This document shows positions 9,928 through 20,100 of a stretch of DNA of 64,000 nucleotides, piece by piece. This DNA comes from an uncultured Rubrivivax sp. (GTDB taxonomy: Bacteria; Pseudomonadota; Gammaproteobacteria; Burkholderiales; Burkholderiaceae_C). Position 1 is the first letter of the stretch. Each line of letters starts with the position of its first letter. The notes beneath the pieces were generated by a model, which worked only from the letters and a program-made list of their open reading frames with translations, searched no databases and had not been told where the DNA came from. The position numbers and the translations under genes are program-made. Location of the stretch: assembly GCA_964433315.1 (NCBI GenBank), contig CAYSQO010000001.1, positions 59,871 to 123,870 on the forward strand. The letters run 5' to 3'.

Positions 9928-10140
9928 ATGCTGCGCACCGGAAACCAGCTTCGACTGACCCGACCCGAACGGACGCGGCTGGCCCGCATCACCGCCATCG
10001 AGCCGGGGTCCATCCGCAGCGTCGCGGACCTGCAGGCCTACGTCCGCCGGTGCAAGGCCCATTACTGGGGCCACTCCGATGACACCCGCTTCCTGCACTG
10101 GCTGATCGAGCGTGAGGTGCAGTCCCTGACCGGACGCTGA
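9928..10140 (+). CDS. Small hypothetical protein
   Basis: 70-aa ORF MLRTGNQLRLT..., followed by a GC hairpin at ~10177-10203. Confidence 0.55.
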   Translation: MLRTGNQLRLTRPERTRLARITAIEPGSIRSVADLQAYVRRCKAHYWGHSDDTRFLHWLIEREVQSLTGR

Positions 10141-10272
10141 GCGCCCGTCGCCCGGTTCGCAGTCTCGGAAACAGGAACGCCCCCGGTGCTGGACCGGGGG
10201 CGTGCTGGGTGACGGCCTGGAGTGGATCTGGATCGCGCCGACTGAAGGGTCTCGAACGTTCGACCGGACGGC

Positions 10273-10944
10273 TCAGCGGAACACGCGCGGCTCGACGCTT
10301 GCCCCGCGCATGAACGCGAGGTACGCACCGGCCTTGCCGATGTCGTCGAAGGTCGCCACGGGCTGCTCGTGCAGCACGACGGCCCAGGGACGGACATCGT
10401 CATCACTGGCGCGGATGCGCAGTTCCGGCGGCTGCCAGCGCGGGTGGCGGTACAGGGGCAGGCCGGTGTCCCAGGCCATCAGTGCCAGCACATGCGCACA
10501 GAGGATGGCTGTACCGGCCGCCTCGCCCGGCTCGACGAGCAGGGGCACCTTCAGCAGGCCGGTCGAGCGGCCGACCGTGCCGACCACGTCGAACTCGTCG
10601 AGCCAGCTCGCGCCGGTGCCGGTGTCGCCCAGCACCAGCCGCACCTTGCGGCCGTCCCGGCGGCAGGTCTCCAGCACCCTCGCCAGGCGAGGGTCCGTGC
10701 CGGGGTCGAAGTAGGTGCTGTGACCCTGGGCGGATTCGCCCCAGGCACGCACGGCAGCGAGGTACTTTTCGTAGCCGGTGAGGCTGGCCGCGTCGTCGGC
10801 GGTGGGCATCAGGTCGGGACGATCGAGGCGCTGCGCGATCTGCCGGGCATGGTCCCGGGCGTTGTCGAAGCCGAAGCAGGTCACGCCACCTTCGGTGGCG
10901 ATCACATACAGGCGTTGCTCGGGATTCAGGGTGATGTCTCGCAT
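10273..10944 (-). CDS. Hypothetical mobile-element protein
   Basis: 223 aa with GC3-biased codons; YFDPGTD, GDTGTG...DVVGTVGRSTGLLKVPLL; leader hairpin upstream. Confidence 0.75.
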   Translation of the reverse strand: MRDITLNPEQRLYVIATEGGVTCFGFDNARDHARQIAQRLDRPDLMPTADDAASLTGYEKYLAAVRAWGESAQGHSTYFDPGTDPRLARVLETCRRDGRKVRLVLGDTGTGASWLDEFDVVGTVGRSTGLLKVPLLVEPGEAAGTAILCAHVLALMAWDTGLPLYRHPRWQPPELRIRASDDDVRPWAVVLHEQPVATFDDIGKAGAYLAFMRGASVEPRVFR

Positions 10945-11116
10945 GGGGAACTCTCGAAGTTGGGAGGGCGGACACCGGCCCTGGCGGGACGGGCCCGCAG
11001 GCGGTTGGATGGGGTGCCGGTCGCGCCAGGCCGCTGGACGTCAGTCCATGGCCGAGGCACGTCAGCGATCGAACCCGGTGCAGCCGATGGGGCTGCGCCG
11101 GGGCTCGGTCTTCGGA

Positions 11117-11749
11117 TCAGCGCCGGCTGATCTGCACGGCGGGTGCGGGGTCGTCGACGGGAGGTTCCGGGGCACGCTCGGAGCCGCCTTCGGAGCCACT
11201 GACCGGCGACGCCGGGGACATGCCGGCCTGGTGCTGGAAGCGGGCGTGCGCGTCGGCGAACTCGGCATCGCCCAGCAGCTGACGAACCTGCGCGGCGGCC
11301 GGTTCGGGCCTGCTGTCGCCGTCACGGGCCGCGGCTGGGCGTGCGCCCCGCTTCGATGTTGCCGGCGAGGCCGGCGGTGCAGCGGCAATGGCCTCGTCGA
11401 GGACGTCCGCAGTGCGGTGGTACGCCTTCTGCGTGACGCCGCCGACGAAGGCTGCGGGTCGCTGCAGCGTCCACTGGACCAGCAGGCGCAGCCACTGCCC
11501 GATGCGCTTGTCGCGGGCCTGGCGCGCCTTGTGGACGCGCAGCGACTGCTTGCAGGACAGGTACAGCGCCAGGTGGCGACGCTTCATCTCGGCGTCGCCG
11601 TCGAGCTGCGCCATCACCTCGGCGGCGAGGGCGGCGTCACGGCCGACGCGTCTGTAGAAGCCGACCCAGGCGCGCTGTTCCTCGATGTCGATGGTGCTGC
11701 GGCGCGATGACGGGCTCTGGAAGGATCTGTCTGGGAAAGCATGACTCAT
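11117..11749 (-). CDS. Hypothetical protein
   Basis: GGAG RBS plus ATG at 11749 (MSHAFPDR...); leader hairpin upstream. Confidence 0.65.
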   Translation of the reverse strand: MSHAFPDRSFQSPSSRRSTIDIEEQRAWVGFYRRVGRDAALAAEVMAQLDGDAEMKRRHLALYLSCKQSLRVHKARQARDKRIGQWLRLLVQWTLQRPAAFVGGVTQKAYHRTADVLDEAIAAAPPASPATSKRGARPAAARDGDSRPEPAAAQVRQLLGDAEFADAHARFQHQAGMSPASPVSGSEGGSERAPEPPVDDPAPAVQISRR

Positions 11750-11975
11750 GGGGTTCTCCAAGAATGCGAGGGAACCCCGGCCCCGACGGGAGACGGTGAC
11801 TCCCGGAGGGTGGATGGCGAGGACGCCTGAAAGCCGAGGGAAACGGGGTGTCGGGTGATGGCGTCCCGATGCCATCGCTGGCGGTCGGTTCACCATCCCC
11901 GAGACCCGAGGACTCGATCGGCACGAGTTGGACCCGCCGGCGGCGCCGCGACGGGCAACTCGATGCCCGCGACCT

Positions 11976-12188
11976 TCAGGTCGTGAGCACGCGAGCGGCG
12001 CCTCGGCGCAGGCCCTCGGCAATGCCGATCCAGCGGTCGGCGATCCGGTCCAGGTAGACCAGGTCGTCGGCCGCGATCTCGCCCGAGGCGCGGAGCCGGG
12101 CGATGACTTCCTTGACCAGGAGGGGATCCTCCCGGGCCAGCACGATGGCCGTCGAGGCGATGCGCCTGCGGTAAGTGTCGACCGTCAT
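11976..12188 (-). CDS. Small hypothetical protein
   Basis: MTVDTYRRRIASTAIVLAREDPLLVKEV..., helical and coding-like. Confidence 0.5.
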   Translation of the reverse strand: MTVDTYRRRIASTAIVLAREDPLLVKEVIARLRASGEIAADDLVYLDRIADRWIGIAEGLRRGAARVLTT

Positions 12189-12190
12189 GG

Positions 12191-12394
12191 TCAGCACACC
12201 GTCGTGCAGCGCTCGGACGCCAGAGGGTCCGCGGCCACGCACACCATGCGCATGGACGCGTGGGGCGTGCAGGGCCGGGGCCGGAGCAGCGCCGGAAGGG
12301 TGACAGGCCTCCGGGCGGGCACACGGGCAAGCCCGGTACCACCCAGCAGTGCACACACCGGCGCGACAGCGCGGTTCCAGGGAACGGGACTCAT
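12191..12394 (-). CDS. Small hypothetical protein
   Basis: AAGGAG RBS and leader hairpin; no recognisable domain. Confidence 0.35.
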   Translation of the reverse strand: MSPVPWNRAVAPVCALLGGTGLARVPARRPVTLPALLRPRPCTPHASMRMVCVAADPLASERCTTVC

Positions 12395-12742
12395 GGGGGT
12401 TCTCCTTCAGGGGTGAAGGGGAACGCCCATCCCTGGCGGGGAACTGGGGTTCCCCGTCTGGGATGCCTTGCCGGGAAGGCAAGGCGCTTCGTCGCGCACA
12501 GGTGGGTGCGCGAGGTGCAGAGGTCCGCGTCCGGGAGGACGGGGCCAGGGCAGATGCGTGCGTCAGGCCAGGCTACTGATCGAGATCAGGCCGAGCTGGT
12601 GAACGCAGGGCGCGTCACGACGCAGAGGTCGTGGTCGGCGCATGCGAGGAGGGGCCACGACACAGGGTCATGGCCGGCTCCTGGTTTCGGATCCGGATGG
12701 ATCGGAATCGGCCCGGCACACCGAGGTGCCGAACGGGACACA

Positions 12743-12765
12743 AGGCAGGTAACGACTGCGACGCC
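12743..12765. repeat. 23-bp dispersed motif copy 2
   Basis: Identical to 9508-9530 and 29848-29870. Confidence 0.9.
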
Positions 12766-13070
12766 AGCTGGGCTGGACTTCAGGGCGACCGGAGCCACCG
12801 ATGAAGGCTGAGCAGACGCGATGTCCGCAGGAAGCCGGGTCAGTATGGGCCGGGGCGACTCGATCGGCAACGAGCCCGGAACACCGCCCGCGCGATGCCC
12901 GCCCAATCGGCCCGAACTGGCGGCTCTTGGGCGGGCAGATGCACATGCTGCCCGCCCTGCCGACAACAGGACCGAAGCAACGCCGGTAGGGGAGGCGACC
13001 GGGAGCTCCGCGGCCGTTCGTATAGTGACCCCACTGCCACTGTCCGTGAGGATCTCCGATCCGCCTTCCG

Positions 13071-13277
13071 ATGACCGAGGCCCGCTATGAGTTCGATGAG
13101 ATCGATGCCGTCACGTCGGCTGGCGGAGCCGTTCGCTTTCCGGCGGGGGTTCACGCTGTTGCGCGGCGCTCACTGGTGTTCCGCGTGAGGCTCGGGGGGC
13201 GGGAGGTCGATCTGACGCTTGCCGAGTTCGATCGGCTGCTGCGGGCGGGACGCATCAGGGCTATCGAGCCGGTCTGA
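13071..13277 (+). CDS. Small hypothetical protein
   Basis: 68-aa ORF with plausible composition. Confidence 0.4.
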   Translation: MTEARYEFDEIDAVTSAGGAVRFPAGVHAVARRSLVFRVRLGGREVDLTLAEFDRLLRAGRIRAIEPV

Positions 13278-13432
13278 GACCTGCCTGTCGAATGGCCAAT
13301 CCTCGGCCTCGAAGACGGGCACATCGTCGATTCAGTCGAGCGTCGCAGCGCCTCAGAGGCCGGTGTCTGCCGGTGATGCGTGCCCCGCCCTGAATTTGGG
13401 CGAAGATTGCGCCAAAAGGGGAGGCATTGCCT

Positions 13433-15847
13433 ATGCCAAGAGGCAAGAAGTCTGGATCTGGTGGAGTGCTGGCAGCGGCCTTCATCGGCGCCGTCGCGCT
13501 GCTGGCCGCCATCCCGAGGGAAGTGTGGCTGGGCGCCGCGGTGCTGCTGGCGATTGCGATTGCCGGCTACCTGTACTCGCGCAACAGGAAGTCTGACGAT
13601 GTGAGCCCGGCCAGTGGGCGCGAGGAGGCGAGCGCTCCCTCGATTGCGATATCGCCACCCAAACCGCCGGCGCCCAGGCGGACCGAACCCGTGACGCGCG
13701 TTGCTCGTCCGGCCGACGAGCAGCCGATGCCGGTGCGGACGCAGGCGACCGCGCCAGCTGCCTCGTTCCGGATCCCACCGGCACCCGAAAGCTACGGCAA
13801 GGCGAGATGGATTCCGGCCGGGCAGCCCGTCGAGGTGGCGGGAACGACGATTCCGGGTGGGCTGATCTATGTCGGCACCTCGTTGCCCGCATCCAGCGGT
13901 TCGAACGACCCATGCCTGATCGATCCATCGAAGTCGGTCGCGCGCAGCGGGGACTACACCGAGCGCCAGATGAACTACTGGCCGAGCTATTCGGAAGTGT
14001 CGCCTGCAGCGCGGCGGGCCTATCTGAGCTGGCTTGCAGGCGGCCGGCAGGATCCCGAGGCCGATGTCGGCTTCGTGTTCCTGTTCTTCTACGGCCTGGA
14101 GCGCCGAGCCATCGTCGACGCTTCGAAGGACGAGGCCGCACGGGCCGACTGGCCGGCGATCGCGATCGAGCTGCGGCGCCTGCTGGGCATCTACGGTGAC
14201 AGGTCAGGCTCCTTCCGACGCTACGCCAGCGAACTGCTCGACTGGGTGGCACTGGCAGAACACCCGTCGCGTCTCTACGAGAAGCCCGTACCAGACTTCC
14301 CGAGGACGTATGAACTGCCCCTCTACCTCCGGTTGGCGCTCGGTCAGGCCGCGGTCGATGGTGTTCCCGTGCCGGCGGCGCTGGCGCTGGCCTGGGTGAG
14401 GCTGGACCCGAACATCACCCTCAGGACGCCAGCAACGCGCTGTGCCGAGGAGTTCGAGCGCGTCTTCGCCGAGAAGTACGAGGAGCTCTGCGGCGCGGGC
14501 ATGCTGCTGCCGCGCAACCGCACCAAGCTGAAGCTGGTCTACCAGCCGGCATCCGCCGGATTCCGGGGCTATCAGGAACTGAAGCTCACCTTCAAGGACA
14601 CCCCGGACGTCACGGTCCTCACGGCGCCAGTGCGGAAACTGCAGGAGGTCGTCGAGGCAGCCACTAAGCCCCTGGAGTCGTACAGCCGGCTCTTGGGGAA
14701 GAACCCGGGTGCCCGCGCTTCCATCGATGCCTGGCTCCAGCTTCCGGCCACCCTCTGGCCGGAAGCCGGCCAGAAAGCTCTTCGAGGTCTGCAGGGACGC
14801 ATCGGCGCAGGCATGGTGGCACTGTCGTTCCAGGACCTCCTCTCGTCGCTCGGTGGCTCCGGACCGTTCACCAAGGACAAGACGGCCTCGCTCGCGAGGG
14901 CGCTGGAATCGGTCGGCATCGGCTTCGAGCCCGATGTGCTGACGGGCGCCAAGATGCCCAAGCCCGAGGACAAGGTGGTGCTGTTCGCATTGCCGCCGTC
15001 CGAGCCGATCGCGAGAGCTGGAGGTCCCTACCTCGCCGCGGCGCTGACCTTGCAGCTGGCCTCGGCCGTGGCGTCAGCCGATGGGGAGTTCGGCATCAAG
15101 GAGATGGGGCATCTGCGGGAGACCGTCCTGTCCTGGAAGCACCTGCCGCCCAGTCAGACCCGGCGGCTGCTCGCTCACCTGAGGCTGCTGATGCAGGCGC
15201 CGGCTTCACTTGCAGCGCTCAAGAAGAAGTTCGAACCCCTCGATCAAGGCGTGAAAGAAACCATCGCGGCCTTCATGGCCACCGTTGCGCAGTCGGACGG
15301 AGAGGTGTCGCCCGCCGAAGTGAAGATGCTGGAGAAGGTCTACAAGGCCCTGGGCGTCGATGCCAAGAAGGTCTTCACCGATGTCCATGCCGTGGCGGCA
15401 GGCGTCAAGCCCACCGCAGCGGCCGTGGCGAAGGTCGAGGAGACCGGTTTCAAGCTGGACCCCGCCAAGATCGCGGCCCTGCAGCAGGACACGGAGCGCG
15501 TGTCGGCACTGCTCGCCAACATCTTCACCGAAGCCGAGGACACGGTCACGACGCCCGCTGACAGCCAGCAGGAGCCCGACGCTGAAGCCGAACTCGAGCC
15601 GAGCAGTTCCAGTGCTGGCCTGCTGGGCCTCGACGAGGCGCACAGCGCCCTGGCCCGCATGATGCTCTCCCGTCCCGAATGGAGTCGCGAGGAACTGCTG
15701 GACGTCGCCGCCGACCTTGACCTGATGCTCGACGGCGCGCTGGAGCGCATCAACGAGGCCGCCTTCGACGCCCACGACATGCCCCTGTGCGAAGGCGACG
15801 AACCCGTCGTCGTCAATGCCGAGTTCCTGGAGAAAGTGGAAGCATGA
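13433..15847 (+). CDS. sngA: TerB_N/TerB/TerB_C protein, Shango SngA-like
   Basis: N-terminal TMs; YWPSYSEVSPAARRAYLSWLAGGR and FVFLFFYGLERR (TerB_N); AVASADG/VAQSDG TerB repeats; LMLDGALERINE (TerB_C). Confidence 0.88.
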   Translation: MPRGKKSGSGGVLAAAFIGAVALLAAIPREVWLGAAVLLAIAIAGYLYSRNRKSDDVSPASGREEASAPSIAISPPKPPAPRRTEPVTRVARPADEQPMPVRTQATAPAASFRIPPAPESYGKARWIPAGQPVEVAGTTIPGGLIYVGTSLPASSGSNDPCLIDPSKSVARSGDYTERQMNYWPSYSEVSPAARRAYLSWLAGGRQDPEADVGFVFLFFYGLERRAIVDASKDEAARADWPAIAIELRRLLGIYGDRSGSFRRYASELLDWVALAEHPSRLYEKPVPDFPRTYELPLYLRLALGQAAVDGVPVPAALALAWVRLDPNITLRTPATRCAEEFERVFAEKYEELCGAGMLLPRNRTKLKLVYQPASAGFRGYQELKLTFKDTPDVTVLTAPVRKLQEVVEAATKPLESYSRLLGKNPGARASIDAWLQLPATLWPEAGQKALRGLQGRIGAGMVALSFQDLLSSLGGSGPFTKDKTASLARALESVGIGFEPDVLTGAKMPKPEDKVVLFALPPSEPIARAGGPYLAAALTLQLASAVASADGEFGIKEMGHLRETVLSWKHLPPSQTRRLLAHLRLLMQAPASLAALKKKFEPLDQGVKETIAAFMATVAQSDGEVSPAEVKMLEKVYKALGVDAKKVFTDVHAVAAGVKPTAAAVAKVEETGFKLDPAKIAALQQDTERVSALLANIFTEAEDTVTTPADSQQEPDAEAELEPSSSSAGLLGLDEAHSALARMMLSRPEWSREELLDVAADLDLMLDGALERINEAAFDAHDMPLCEGDEPVVVNAEFLEKVEA

Positions 15848-17151
15848 ACACACCCGCCATCCGCCCCAAGGACCGCGACGCGGTCATCCAGTCGCTGCGC
15901 GCCGGCGTCGTGCCTCGGGCCGGGCAGCATCTGATCCAGGTTGGGCGTACGCGGGAGATCCAGACTCTGGTGACGGACATCGACCGCGTCGCCGACGGCG
16001 GCTCGGCCTTTCGTGTGGTGATTGGCGAGTACGGGGCGGGGAAGACCTTCTTCCTGAACCTCGTCCGTGCCGTCGCGATGGAGAAGAAGCTCGTCGTGGC
16101 CAGCGCCGACCTGAATCCCGATCGCCGGCTGCATGCGAGCGGCGGACAGGCCCGATCGCTCTACGCCGAGCTGATGCGCAACCTCGCCACCCGCACCAAG
16201 CCGGACGGCGGCGCACTGGGCGGCATCGTCGAGAAGTTCATCGCGACCGCGAAGGCGGACGCCAAGGCCAGTGGTGCGTCGACCGAGGCCGTCCTGCGCC
16301 AGAAGCTGGATCAGCTGACCGAACTGGTGAACGGCTACGACTTCGCCGACGTGATCGCGGCCTACTGCCGCGGTCATGACGATGGCAACGAACAGTTGAA
16401 GTCGGACGCCGTGCGCTGGCTTCGAGGCGAGTTCAGCACCAAGACCGATGCCCGTGCTGCCCTGGGCGTGCGCACCATCGTCGACGACGCTGCGGTCTAC
16501 GACCAGCTCAAGCTGATGGCGCGATTCGTGAGGCTGGCCGGCTTCGGCGGCCTGCTGGTGGGGCTGGACGAACTCGTCAATCTCTACAAGCTGGCCAACA
16601 CCCAGGCCCGCAACGCGAACTACGAGCAGATTCTGCGCATCCTGAACGACTCGCTGCAGGGTACGGCAGTGGGACTGGGTTTCGTGCTGGGCGGCACGCC
16701 GGAGTTTCTGCTCGACACCCGACGCGGCCTGTACAGCTACCCGGCGCTGCAGAGCCGGCTCGCACAGAACACCTTTGCCTCCGAGGGCCTGGTGGACTTC
16801 AGCGGGCCTGTCGTGCGCCTGTCCAGCCTCACCCCTGAGGACTTCTACGTGCTGCTCCAGAAGATCCGCGGCGTGTATGCCTTCGGTGATCCAGCCAAGC
16901 ACCTGATTCCCGACACGGGTGTCTTCAGCTTCATGGAGCATTGCTCCAAGCGCATCGGGGACACCTACTTCCGCACGCCTCGCACGACGATCACCGCGTT
17001 CATCAACCTGCTGGCAGTGCTGGAGCAGAACCCCGGCGCCTCGTGGCAGGAACTGCTCGGCGGCATCGACGTCGCGGCGGACAACGGCGGCGCGGCCGAC
17101 CAGGCGACGGAAGCCGACGGCGACGACGAGTTCGCCACCTTCAAGCTGTGA
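15844..17151 (+). CDS. sngB: DUF2791/BrxD-like P-loop ATPase, Shango SngB-like
   Basis: IQSLRAGVVP, GEYGAGKTF, LVGLDELVNL, YPALQSRL; ATGA-coupled to sngA. Confidence 0.88.
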   Translation: MNTPAIRPKDRDAVIQSLRAGVVPRAGQHLIQVGRTREIQTLVTDIDRVADGGSAFRVVIGEYGAGKTFFLNLVRAVAMEKKLVVASADLNPDRRLHASGGQARSLYAELMRNLATRTKPDGGALGGIVEKFIATAKADAKASGASTEAVLRQKLDQLTELVNGYDFADVIAAYCRGHDDGNEQLKSDAVRWLRGEFSTKTDARAALGVRTIVDDAAVYDQLKLMARFVRLAGFGGLLVGLDELVNLYKLANTQARNANYEQILRILNDSLQGTAVGLGFVLGGTPEFLLDTRRGLYSYPALQSRLAQNTFASEGLVDFSGPVVRLSSLTPEDFYVLLQKIRGVYAFGDPAKHLIPDTGVFSFMEHCSKRIGDTYFRTPRTTITAFINLLAVLEQNPGASWQELLGGIDVAADNGGAADQATEADGDDEFATFKL

Positions 17152-17171
17152 GCCTGTAGGACACGATCGCC

Positions 17172-20100
17172 ATGTCTGCGACGGCGTCGAGCTCGTTCCA
17201 TCTGCTCGATGAACGCATCCAACGGTTCATCTGGGCCGAAGGCTGGGAGTCGCTGCGCGACGCGCAGGAGACGGCGATCCCGTTGATCGTCAAGGGCGAC
17301 CGCGACGTCATCGTGGCGGCAGCCACAGCGGCTGGCAAGACCGAGGCAGCGTTCCTGCCCGCCCTGACCCATCTGGTGCAGGCCGACACACCCGGCCTCG
17401 CGGTCTACATCAGCCCGCTGAAGGCGTTGATCAATGACCAGTTCGGCCGTCTGGACCGGTTGTGCGAGCAGCTCGAGGTGCCCGTCTGGCCCTGGCATGG
17501 CGACATCTCGGCATCCTCGAAGAGCCGCTTCCTGTCCCAGCGGCGGGGCGTGCTCCTGATCACGCCGGAGTCCCTTGAGGCGATGCTGTGCAACCGTGGC
17601 ACGGCGATCGGCTCGACCTTCGAGCGCCTCAGCTACCTGGTGGTCGATGAGCTGCACGCCTTCATCGGGACCGAGCGCGGCAAGCAGTTGCAGGCGCTGA
17701 TGCACCGCATCGAACGCGTCGTCGGCCGGCGTGTTCCACGCATCGGGCTGTCCGCGACCCTCGGCGACATGGGTCTGGCGGCGGAGTTTCTGCGGCCTGG
17801 ACATGGGGCTGCCGTGGCGCTGGTCGAATCGAAGTCGTCGGGCGGCGAACTGCGCATCCTGGTCAAGGGCTATGAGGAGCCGCGCGTGGTGCGTGGCGAG
17901 CGGGAGGTCGAGGAGAGCGAGCCCGTCACGCCGGCACAGATCGCCGGGCACCTGTTCAAGGGCCTGAGGGGTTCGAACAACCTGGTCTTTCCGAACTCCC
18001 GGCGCGAGGTCGAGCGCTACACGCACCTGTTGACGCGAATGTGCGAGGCCCAGCAGGTGCCCAATGAGTTCTGGCCGCATCACGGCAGCCTGTCCAAGGA
18101 GATCCGCGCGGAGACGGAGGCAGCCTTGAAGCAGAAGGAGCGGCCGGCCACTGCCATCTGTACCAATACCCTGGAGTTGGGCATCGACATCGGTGCCGTC
18201 AGGAGCGTGGCACAGATCGGGCCACCCCCTTCAGTGGCGAGCCTGCGCCAGCGTCTCGGGCGATCGGGGCGCCGCAAAGGTGAGCCCGCGGTACTTCGTG
18301 GCTACTGTGTCGAGGACGCTCTGAGTGGACAACCGTCCATCGCGGATGAACTCAGACTGGGCACCGTGCAGATGGCGGCCATGATCTCGCTGCTGCTGGA
18401 GGGCTGGTTCGAACCTCCATCAGTGAAAGGCGCCCATCTGTCCACGCTGGTCCAGCAGGTGCTTTCCTTCATCGCACAGAACGGCGGCGCGACCATCGGG
18501 CAGCTTCATGGGCTGCTGTGCGCACCAGCGACGCCCTTTTCGGTCGTGGCCAAGGACGAGTTTGTCGAGCTGATCCGGCATCTCGGTCAGAAGGAACTGC
18601 TGGTCCAGGATTCGTCCGGCGTCCTGCTTCACGGGCGTATCGGCGAGAAGCTGGTCAACCACTACACGTTCTACGCCGCATTCACCTCCGATGAGGAGTT
18701 CCGCATCGTCGCCGGGGGCACGTCGCTCGGCACCCTGCCGGTTTCCCAGGTGCTCACGATCGGTCAACGCATCCTGTTCGCCGGCCGCACCTGGAAGGTC
18801 GAGGACATCGACGAAGAACAGAAGACGATCCATGTCAGCCGTGCGGCAGGCGGGGCGCCACCGCTGTTCTCCGGCGGGGCAGGTCGTACGCACACCCGGG
18901 TGCGGCAGCGGATGCGCCAGTTGCTCGAGGGCGACGAGCTGCCATCCTATCTGGATGAGGTCGCGAGGCGCTTCCTGGCCGAGGGCAGGGCCAACTACCG
19001 GGCACGCGGTCTTTCCGACGCCTACGTCCTGGACCAGGGGAGAGAGGTGCTCCTGCTGACGTGGCTTGGCGATGCCGCCAACGAGGCGATGGCGTGCCTG
19101 CTGCGCCGCCGCGGCTTCGTGGCGGCGCCGGCGGGCCCCGGTGTCGAGGTGCTCAAGGGGCAGGCAACGCTGGAGGACATCGTCGACGTCCTGTTCGATG
19201 CGGGTCTGGACGAGGTGCCGCCGCTGGATGTCCTTCTGGCCGATACGAGAAACCTGCAGCGGGAGAAGTGGGACTGGGCGCTGCCTGATCGTCTGCTCCG
19301 CAAGGCGTACGGCAGCCAACACCTGGACCTCGAGGAGGCCTTGGGTTGGATCCGGACCTTGCCGGGCGCAGGCCGTCTGGGCACAGCGGGATCGCTGGCG
19401 ACCGGGGAGTCCCTGGGAACGGTCGTCGATCCAGCCGCACCCGATGCCGGTGGTGGAATCGCCGACGGACCTTCGGAAAGGCTTCATCTTGCACCGATGG
19501 AGGGGTTCGCTGAAGTGCGTTTGAAGCAGGCGGCTCTCGACAGCATCGGACTCCCGCAGATGAGCTACCCCGTCCCGATCCATGTCCTGCAAGGGGGGCT
19601 GGCGGATGATGGGCACCTGCCGCTCGCGGCGATGCTGCACGGTCTGCAGGTGCAGGCTCGACCAGGTGGCGCACCCTGGCGAGACATGGAGCCGGTCATG
19701 GCACGGCTCGCGTCGCTCACGTCTCCAGACGACAACCGAGCCGTGATCAGCGCATCGTCAGACGCGTGGTGGTTGGAACTCGGGCCCGTCGACCTGACCG
19801 GCCGGATCGTGACGATCCAGCGCGGAGATCACCTGATCGCGGCGGTCACGCCACGCGACGACGGCAGACTCCGCGTGTCGACCTACCGGCCGCTTGATGC
19901 GAAGAGTCTGGAGTACCTGCTCGGACTTGGGCAGGCAGCCCATCCCGTGCATGGCGTGAACATGCGCGAGAACAACTGGGAGTACGCGCTCGACTGCTCC
20001 GCCGGCAACGGGAACCACTACGCAGCCGAACGCGGCGAAGCCTATCTCTCAAGCTGGGACGGTGGTCTCGGGACCTGGTCCGACGGGAGCAGCGAACCCG

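Noticed and set aside
13433-15847. Tellurite resistance operon
   Set aside because: TerB domains only; no terZACDE
15844-17151. BREX system, suggested by the BrxD-like ATPase
   Set aside because: No pglZ, pglX or brxC; the TerB and Lhr-helicase neighbours fit Shango
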